This document shows, in pieces, positions 57,258 to 64,000 of a DNA stretch of 64,000 nucleotides. The notes under the pieces are model-generated. The model saw only the letters and a program-made list of their open reading frames with translations, ran no database searches and was not told the origin of the DNA. Numbering within the stretch: the first letter of the stretch is position 1; each line of letters begins with the position of its first letter. Made by a program: the position numbers and the translations under genes. The DNA is from Dehalococcoidales bacterium (GTDB lineage Bacteria > Chloroflexota > Dehalococcoidia > Dehalococcoidales > RBG-16-60-22): positions 457-64,456 of the forward strand of contig JBAZGT010000005.1 of assembly GCA_041652735.1 (NCBI GenBank). Direction: 5' to 3'.

Positions 57258-57296
57258 GGGGCGGGCAGATGTTACTGCCCGCCCCGGTTTTTTTCT
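57258..57296. terminator. Bidirectional intrinsic terminator (GGGGCGGGCAG-loop-CTGCCCGCCCC) with T-runs on both strands
   Basis: 11-bp perfect stem, followed by GGTTTTTTT on the plus strand and CTGTTTTT on the minus strand. Lies between the convergent serpin and SDR genes. Confidence 0.7.
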
Positions 57297-57314
57297 TTAA
57301 AATACCTTTAACGC

Positions 57315-58262
57315 TTACCAGTCCGGCGGGCCTACCTGCTTCTGTTTCTCGTAAATGTCGTTATAGTAGACCGTCCCGAAATTCTTGATGATTTCCCAGC
57401 GTTTTTCATCGCGCGGCTCATCCGGGATAGCCCGGATAATGGCTTCATGCCGCGCTATATAACCCGCCTTGAACTCGGGGTGGGTGTGGATGAAAAGGTC
57501 GTTATTCCGGATACCCCGCAGTACCCTCTCCCCGGTCTCAACCGGGTCCATGGTGGCAATCCGGAAGTTTTCCATCATCTTCTTGGGCGGGGGGCCTTTA
57601 GGCATATCGGGCATCTTGGGCGGCCAGGACTCGCCCTCATTCTTCAGGTTCTCCGGCTTGTTCACGAAAGAGGACAGGCCGAGATTAGAGGCCGTCGGTC
57701 CGGGTATCAGCACGGAAGCGCCGATGTTCTTGTCCTGCATCTCGGAGGCCAGGCATTCCATCATGGCGAAAACGGCGTATTTACCGGTGCAGTAAATCAT
57801 GAAGTTATTGGCGGCGGCCAGGCCGCAGGTGGACGAAGTGGAGACCACGTGTCCGCCTTCGCCGTGTTTCATGATGCGCGGTACAATCGTCATGATGCCG
57901 TTGACCGTGCCGCCGATATTGACGCCCAGGCTGTAATCCCAGTCGTTATAAGTCAGTTTGTCTATCGGGCCGCCGCCGGAGCCTACGCCGGCGTTATTGA
58001 CCAGCACGTGTATTTTGCCGTATACCTTTTCCGCCTCGTCGGCGGCTTTGACGTAAGCCGCGCGGTCGGTGACGTTCAGTTTAATCGGATGGGCCGGCAG
58101 ATTTTTCTCCTTGAAATAGGCCATCGCTTCATCCAGGGCATCCTGCCGGGCATCGACGATGCATACCTTCATGCCGTATTTGGCGCAGGCTTTGGCGATG
58201 CCCAGGCCGATGCCGCTGGCGCCGCCGGTAATAAAAGCTACTTTCCCTTTAAAGTCTTTCAT
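57315..58262 (-). CDS. SDR family oxidoreductase (extended C-terminus)
   Basis: 315 aa. Contains TGGASGIG, NNAG and YCTGKYAV (Tyr-x3-Lys). Confidence 0.85.
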   Translation of the reverse strand: MKDFKGKVAFITGGASGIGLGIAKACAKYGMKVCIVDARQDALDEAMAYFKEKNLPAHPIKLNVTDRAAYVKAADEAEKVYGKIHVLVNNAGVGSGGGPIDKLTYNDWDYSLGVNIGGTVNGIMTIVPRIMKHGEGGHVVSTSSTCGLAAANNFMIYCTGKYAVFAMMECLASEMQDKNIGASVLIPGPTASNLGLSSFVNKPENLKNEGESWPPKMPDMPKGPPPKKMMENFRIATMDPVETGERVLRGIRNNDLFIHTHPEFKAGYIARHEAIIRAIPDEPRDEKRWEIIKNFGTVYYNDIYEKQKQVGPPDW

Positions 58263-58303
58263 GTTTCTTCTTCTCTTTCCTTTCCCGCTTATTTGCGGTC
58301 CGC

Positions 58304-59245
58304 TTACCAGTCCGGCGGGCCTACCGGTTTCTGTTTATCGTAAATGTCATTGTGATATATCGTCCCGAAGCTGCTGATGATTTCCCAGCGTTTTTCATTC
58401 CGCGGCTCGTTGGGGATAGCGCGGATAAGCGCCTCGTGCCGCGCGATATAGCCTTCCCGGAACTCGGGATGGGTGTGGATGAAGAGGTCGTTATTCCGGA
58501 TGCCCCGCACCACGCGCTCGCCGGTCTCCGCCGGGTCCATGAACACAGATTCGACTTCATCCAGGGGCCGTCGCGGCCGCATGTCCTGTCCGGGCGGCGG
58601 CTTTGGCGGCCATGTCTCTCCCGCGTTCTTTAAGCGTTCCGGGCGGTTTTCAAAAGAAGACTGTCCCAGGTTTCCCCTGGTCGGCCCGGGGAACAGAATG
58701 GATACTCCTATGTTCTTCTCCTGGAGGTCGGTGGCCAGGGCTTCCATCATGCCGGCCACGGCGAACTTGGTGGTGCAGTAGGGAATCATGTTGCCCGCCG
58801 CCGCCACGCCCAGGGTTGACGATGTGCTTACGATGTGCCCGCCCTCGCCGTGTTTCAGGAGATAGGGCAGCATCGTCACCACGCCGTTGATAACCCCGCC
58901 GATGTTGACCGCCACGCTGTAGTCCCAGTCCTGGAAAGTAGTCCTTTCCGCGGACCAGCCGGCGCTTACCCCGGCGTTATTGATGAGGACGTGTATCTTG
59001 CCGAAGACCTTTTCCGCCTCGGCGGCGGCCCTGGCATAAGCCTCGCGGTCGGTAACATCCAGCTTGACGGCATGGGCCGGCAGGTTTTTCTCCTTGAAAT
59101 AGGCCATCGCTTCATCCAGGGCAGACTGCCGCATATCCGCGATGATTACCTTCATGCCGTGCCTGGCGCATGCCTTGGCGATGCCCAGCCCGATGCCGCT
59201 GGCGCCGCCGGTGATAAAGGCTACCTTTCCTTTAATCTCGGTCAT
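58304..59245 (-). CDS. SDR family oxidoreductase, tandem paralog of 57315..58262
   Basis: 313 aa. About two thirds identical by eye to the downstream copy, including the shared C-terminal tail ...DIY.KQK.VGPPDW. Confidence 0.85.
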   Translation of the reverse strand: MTEIKGKVAFITGGASGIGLGIAKACARHGMKVIIADMRQSALDEAMAYFKEKNLPAHAVKLDVTDREAYARAAAEAEKVFGKIHVLINNAGVSAGWSAERTTFQDWDYSVAVNIGGVINGVVTMLPYLLKHGEGGHIVSTSSTLGVAAAGNMIPYCTTKFAVAGMMEALATDLQEKNIGVSILFPGPTRGNLGQSSFENRPERLKNAGETWPPKPPPGQDMRPRRPLDEVESVFMDPAETGERVVRGIRNNDLFIHTHPEFREGYIARHEALIRAIPNEPRNEKRWEIISSFGTIYHNDIYDKQKPVGPPDW

Positions 59246-59270
59246 GCTTCACTTCTCTTTCTCTCTTTTT

Positions 59271-60965
59271 TTAATGCTCGATGCCGCAGGAGCCGTCTTT
59301 GCACATTGTCGCTTCCGGCATCCGCAGGGGTCTGGCGTCTTTCTTGACGCCGGCCTTGGGAATCCACGGGTCGATGAGTACCGTCTGGAAACAGGAGAAA
59401 TCAGTGGTAACCCACATGGGATTCATTTCACCGCCGACGACGATGAAGCTCACCATCTCCGGCCGCTTGAAACGGGCGTTGGTCTGGTTCACCAGGTACT
59501 CGGCCAGCTTGTCCGGGTCATCGTAACCTTCCGCTTTGATGGCCTTGGGCACCAGGGGGTCGATAACGAAGGTGAAAGAGCCGCCGAAAGGCCCGCCGAT
59601 GCTCTTCATCACTTCCGCCATGCGCTGGATGGGGCCGGTATTGAAGCCCAGCATGGTCCAGCCGCGGAACAGGCTTACCGTGCTTTCTTCCGGTTTGAAC
59701 CCCTTGCGTACGTGGAAAGGCTTCCAGATGCTCAGCTCCTCATTTTCCGCGCAGCACATGTTATTGTAGTTGATGGTGGTGCCCGTGCTGGCCGTGAAAG
59801 TGGCGCCGGGGCGCACATCGCCGAAGTTGATGCTCATCAGCGTCCAGGCCCGGCCGATAACGGAGTTGGCGTAGTTTATCGGGCTTAAAGCGCCGAGCCC
59901 GGAGTTCATGCCTATTTCATTGCGGATGGGGCCGTTGACCACCATCATGCTGGCGAAGGAGGTGGTAGAGCTGGGCATGGAAGGCCGCCCGGAGGCGCCT
60001 AACGCCAGGATGACCGGGAAGTGCTCGGGGCGGCAGCCCGCCATAACCGCGATGGCCGCCACTCTCTCCACCGTGTACTGGAGCCGCTCTTCATGGGTGG
60101 TGACGGACATCATGCCCACGTACTCATCCGGGGCGCGGTCGGTGCCGGTAAGCATTTCCGCCACGCGCTCTTCGGTGGGCAGGATGATGGGCAGGCCGTC
60201 CGTCCAGCCGCTTTCCAGGAACAGGCGGTGCAGATTTTCTTCGGTATCCGGTTCCACCAGGCGCGGCCGTTCCGGTCTTTTCAAGATTTTAGGATGTCTT
60301 TCTTCATCCGTCAGCGGCGAGGTGAGGGCGAAAATAACTTCGTCCATCAGGGGCACGCCGGATAAGGGGTCATTTCCCTCTACGTAGCCGTGCAGTATCT
60401 CCTTGGGAATAAAGCCGACCGGGTAGGGCGGGAAGCTCCAGCGCAGATTCATGCCGTGAGAGCGTCCGTCACGCTGGACATAGTCCGCGAAACGGGAGGT
60501 GACGATAGGGGCGGTGGGAATACCAAAGTCGTTCTCCATTGTCCGGGAAAATTCGGCGATACTCGCCGAGCATCCGTCTCAGCCACCCACGCCGAAGACG
60601 ACGGCGTCACCGTTTTTCTTGATTTCCGCCCACAGCTCAGGGTCATTGGTGAACATACTGGTCTTTTTGTGGGTTAATATAGTCTTCACATCAGGGCGGT
60701 GGCGCGTAAACCAGTCCAGGACTTCGTCCATGAACTCTTTGGCGCCGGCAAAACCCGTGTCAACCAGGTAAACGGTCTTGCCTTCGAGAGTATCCAGGCG
60801 TTCCGCCATCTGGAGATGCCCCAGCGCTTCAGCCGTATCCCTGGGCTGATATACGGGGTCGTGGATGGCAAATGGGGCGGAATCGGGGTCTAACATCCGC
60901 CCGAAGATGCCCGTGGGCTGGCCCCTTGGGTCTAAAACCGTTAATTTCTCCATATTTTTTTTCAT
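59271..60965 (-). CDS. Candidate selenoprotein: two track ORFs joined through an in-frame UGA (60579-60581), with the motif GVGG-U-DGC-S
   Basis: ORF 60579..60965 ends at a TGA. The next 13 codons are open and in frame with the ATG at 60539 of ORF 59271..60539. There is no SD before 60539, but AAGGAG precedes 60965. A hairpin lies 9 nt after the UGA, and Sec decoding is independently supported by fdhA. Confidence 0.55.
60553..60581 (-). promoter_or_regulatory. UGA plus candidate SECIS-like hairpin (UCGGCGA-GUA-UCGCCGA)
   Basis: Perfect 7-bp stem at 60553-60569 with a GU-containing apical loop. The loop centre is about 18 nt downstream of the UGA. Confidence 0.4.
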
Positions 60966-61271
60966 TACTCGCTCCTTTTTATCTCCTTATCTGCTCGTTG
61001 TGATAACATATTTTTATGGGCGCTAACAGTAAGTTTAATTGAAATCCAAACAGCTTGAACAAAGGTATCATATCACTAGTAGATATTATATTATATGAAA
61101 TAATTGTGTAATTCAAATCTATTCAACTATCCAATATTTTAAAGCCGCCGCTCCCCTTTTCCCCCGGCGTCGCCCCCTGTTTTTCAGGCACAAAATTGAA
61201 CTAAAGTTTTACTTCAAAGTGAATATTTGATATACTTCCCATATTCACATATGGATACTGGAAAATCAAAG

Positions 61272-62417
61272 ATGATTGACATAAGACTGGATTTAAGCTC
61301 TTCGACGCCGCTATACCAGCAGATAGCCGAGCAGCTGCGGCAGCTCATCGCCACCGAGCAGGTAAAGCCGGGCGACCGTCTTCCCTCTATACGGCAGCTG
61401 TCCCAGTCTTTGAACATCAACCCTAATACGGTATGCCGGGCTTACCTGGAGCTGGAACAGGAGCAGATACTGGTTTCCCGGCGCGGCGGCGGTACCAGCG
61501 TGATGTCCCAGGACAAGATATCCAACGTCCGGGTGGGACGCCAGAAAAAGCTGCTGGAAAACATGAACGACGATATTATAAAGTCGTTAAGCCAGGGCTA
61601 CAGCCCGGAAGAGCTGGAAGCGGCTTTTTATCTGAGCCTGGAAAGGTGGCGGGAGGAGCGGCAGGAAGAGGTCAAGAAACCCGCGGAAGTCCCGGTCGCC
61701 AAAGAAGAGGCCAACGTTATCCGCATTGTCGGCAGCCATGATCTGGCCTTGAGCATACTGCTGGACCTGCTCCGGCAGCGCGTGGAGGGTCTCCAGACGG
61801 AGGTTACCCATGCCGGCAGCCTGGGCGGGCTGATTGCTCTACAGGAAGAAAGGGCGGATATGGCCGGCACCCATTTGCTGGACGAGGAAACGGGCGAGTA
61901 CAACTACCCTTATGTAAAAAGAATTTTACCGGGACGGAAAATAGCCATCGTCAACCTTTCTTTCCGCATTCAGGGGCTGATGTACGTTTCCGGGAATCCC
62001 AAGAATATTAGCGGCCTGGAAGACTTAAAGCGACCGGGCATTACGTTCGTCAACCGCCAGGGGGGCTCCGGCACGCGGGTGCTGCTGGACTTGCAGTTGA
62101 AGCGGCAGGGGATATCGCCGTTTGAAATCAAGGGTTATGAAGTGGAGTTCGATACGCACCTGGCGGTCGCCTCCAGTATCGCCCACGGGGACGCCGATGT
62201 CGGCCTGGGCATCGAGGCGGCGGCGCTAAGCTGCGGTCTGGACTTTACGCCGATGTTCCGGGAAAGGTACGACCTGGTGATACCGATGGCCAACTACCGC
62301 AGCCCGCGTTTTGCGGTCATGCTGGAGATAATAGACAGCGACGAGTTCAAGAAAATCGTGGATGGGGTGGGGGGTTACGATACTTCCCAGACGGGCCAGA
62401 CCACCTTTTTATCTTAA
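61272..62417 (+). CDS. GntR-type wHTH regulator fused to a PBP-like (COG1910-type, putative oxyanion-binding) domain
   Basis: N-terminal TPLYQQIAEQLRQLI...LPSIRQLSQSLNINPNTVCRAYLELE is GntR-like. The C-terminal IRIVGSHDLA...GSGTRVLLD... resembles the periplasmic-binding-protein-like domain of molybdate/tungstate-responsive regulators. Start chosen at the ATG at 61272. Confidence 0.65.
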   Translation: MIDIRLDLSSSTPLYQQIAEQLRQLIATEQVKPGDRLPSIRQLSQSLNINPNTVCRAYLELEQEQILVSRRGGGTSVMSQDKISNVRVGRQKKLLENMNDDIIKSLSQGYSPEELEAAFYLSLERWREERQEEVKKPAEVPVAKEEANVIRIVGSHDLALSILLDLLRQRVEGLQTEVTHAGSLGGLIALQEERADMAGTHLLDEETGEYNYPYVKRILPGRKIAIVNLSFRIQGLMYVSGNPKNISGLEDLKRPGITFVNRQGGSGTRVLLDLQLKRQGISPFEIKGYEVEFDTHLAVASSIAHGDADVGLGIEAAALSCGLDFTPMFRERYDLVIPMANYRSPRFAVMLEIIDSDEFKKIVDGVGGYDTSQTGQTTFLS

Positions 62418-63541
62418 GCCGTTAACCCGCCGTCAATAATTTCTTCCAGGGAGCGCTCCAGGATATCTTCCAGTTCTTTTTTTACCTTTTTGGCTGCCTC
62501 CAGGCGTTCCTTAATCGCCTCCGCCGCTTCCGGCGTTACCTCAAAGGGGCGGTTGTCCAGGCTGTAGCGCTCTTCCAGGGAAACGGGTTTCTCTCCCCGG
62601 ATTAATTTATCCGCGATGTAGACTACTTTAGCCTCTAAAGGCAAAGCGGTGTTTCCTCCCGCCAAATCCGAATGCACCGCCACGATGTCCGCCACCTTGC
62701 CGAACCCCACCCCCCGCAATACCTCCCCGCCGGCGATATCGTGTTTGGGCTGCCCTTTGGCGATGTCATGCAGGCCGGCGGCGGCATGGACTATCTCCGT
62801 GTCCACGGAGTACCCGGCGGTATTCAGCGCCCGGGCGATGGCGGCGGCGGCCTCGGCCACTTTAAGGCAATGCTTGATTCTTTCCGCGGGCAAACGGCAG
62901 ATGGTATATAATATTTCGCGGCGTTCCTCGTCAGTGGGTAACTCGTAACGCCGGAAACGCTCCAGGATTTTCTGATAGTCTTGCGGCGTGTCCATATCCA
63001 GCAGGATGCTGCCGTCGGCCACCGCCACTTCCCGCGCCGTCTTTTCCTGCGTATCCAGGACGGCTTTAAGCCCGCCGCCGCCCTGCCAGGCCAGTATGGC
63101 GGGAATGAGGGCGGACGGAATAAGCGGCGGGTGCCCCCTTTTCCCCCCGAACGCCGGGTAAATAATATGGCCGGGGTTTTCCGCCGCCGCGGCCATGAGC
63201 TTTTTGATGGTGGCCGGCCGCACCAGCGGTATGTCCACCGGCTGGATGAAAAACGCCTGGTGTTCCGGCTTCAGGCGGCGCAGGCCGGCCTGGATGGAGC
63301 TGAACATGCCTTGCTCGTAGTCCGGATTGTAGATAAAAGTGATATCGCGACTTTTTACGCCGGCTAAAATATCCTCGTGACGGTAGCCCGCCACCAGGTA
63401 AACGTCCGCCCCGGCGCTTAAAAATGTGCTGATAACGCGGTCGGTCACGGTGTCCGCACCGAGGGGGAGGAGGGGTTTGAACTGTTTCATGCGGCTGGAA
63501 AAGCCCCCGGCCAGGACCACCGCCGCCAAGCGCGCGTTCAC
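62414..63541 (-). CDS. MobA/MocA-like molybdenum cofactor nucleotidyltransferase fused to an HD domain
   Basis: 375 aa. N-terminal AAVVLAGGFSSRM...KPLLPLG and NPDYEQGMFSSIQAGL are MocA-like. The C-terminus has the HD motif (GLHDIAKG). GTG start overlaps the xdhC stop (GTGA). Confidence 0.75.
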   Translation of the reverse strand: MNARLAAVVLAGGFSSRMKQFKPLLPLGADTVTDRVISTFLSAGADVYLVAGYRHEDILAGVKSRDITFIYNPDYEQGMFSSIQAGLRRLKPEHQAFFIQPVDIPLVRPATIKKLMAAAAENPGHIIYPAFGGKRGHPPLIPSALIPAILAWQGGGGLKAVLDTQEKTAREVAVADGSILLDMDTPQDYQKILERFRRYELPTDEERREILYTICRLPAERIKHCLKVAEAAAAIARALNTAGYSVDTEIVHAAAGLHDIAKGQPKHDIAGGEVLRGVGFGKVADIVAVHSDLAGGNTALPLEAKVVYIADKLIRGEKPVSLEERYSLDNRPFEVTPEAAEAIKERLEAAKKVKKELEDILERSLEEIIDGGLTA

Positions 63542-64000
63542 GCCGTCTGCCGGCTCCGCACCTGGATTAGCTCAGCCACGATGCTGACGGCGATTTCCTC
63601 CGGTGTTTCACCGCCGATGCCGATGCCGATGGGGGAGTGTACCCCGTCCAGTTGCTCTTTTGGCACGCCCTCGGCCGCCAGGGCTTCGTAGATGGCATCC
63701 CGTTTGCGTTTGCTGCTGATCATGCCGATGTAGCCGGCCTTGGTTTTCAGCGATTGCTCTAAAACAACGCGGTCATACTGGTGGCCGCGGGTAACGATGA
63801 CGATAAAGGAGTCCTTATCGATATCCAGCCCCGCCAGGGCGCGGTTGAAGTCCGCCAGCACTTTGGTTTCCTGGGCTTCCGGGAAACGCTCCGCGTTGGC
63901 AAACTCCGCCCTGTCGTCCAGGACCACCACGCGGAAGCCCACCAGCGCCGCCAGGTGAGCGGTAGGCACCGCCACGTGCCCCGCCCCGAAGCAGTACAGC
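63538..64000 (-). CDS. XdhC/CoxI family Moco-insertion accessory protein (C-terminal part; N-terminus beyond the window)
   Basis: The frame is open to the window edge (..LYCFGAGHVAVPTAHLAALVGF..). It has an XdhC Rossmann-like domain with IVIVTRGHQYD and SPIGIGIGGETPEEIAVSI. Confidence 0.7.
   Translation of the reverse strand, partial: LYCFGAGHVAVPTAHLAALVGFRVVVLDDRAEFANAERFPEAQETKVLADFNRALAGLDIDKDSFIVIVTRGHQYDRVVLEQSLKTKAGYIGMISSKRKRDAIYEALAAEGVPKEQLDGVHSPIGIGIGGETPEEIAVSIVAELIQVRSRQTA

Overview
High-GC (about 58-60% by eye) bacterial chromosomal window, densely coded on both strands, with AT-richer intergenic islets. The gene content suggests a Chloroflexota/Dehalococcoidia-like organism, but that is a low-confidence inference. 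Main blocks: (1) ABC permeases, SDR, cupin-like and MBL-fold genes, and an IlvD/Edd dehydratase divergent from an Rrf2 regulator. (2) A TPP riboswitch in front of a PurM/AIR-synthase-superfamily gene. (3) A nitrogen block: archaeal-type NrpR-like repressor, then amt-glnK-glnA-nadE. (4) A cyclic-nucleotide signalling neighbourhood: FecR-domain protein plus CHASE2 class III cyclase, and an operon of K+ channel, MBL phosphodiesterase-like protein and PycTM/DUF5706-like membrane protein. A second module has a short cyclase-like ORF, GAF-HD-GYP and a paralogous MBL. (5) An archaeal-type split glutamate synthase operon followed by a degenerate-receiver OmpR regulator. (6) A selenocysteine formate dehydrogenase with a NuoE-like subunit and a NuoF-GltD fusion subunit. 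(7) A fused double type III CoA-transferase. (8) An AT-rich islet with an HNH nuclease next to tRNA-Pro(GGG). (9) rimO, more cupin/bicupin paralogs, a glycosidase, a serpin lipoprotein and tandem SDRs. (10) GntR-PBP regulator, MocA-HD and XdhC genes. The most interesting point is a second in-frame UGA at 60579-60581. It appears to join two annotated ORFs into a UxxC selenoprotein that I cannot assign to a characterised function. Intergenic DNA is saturated with several families of short hairpin and word repeats, some sitting inside operons. All functional calls come from reading motifs in the translations; no database search was possible.
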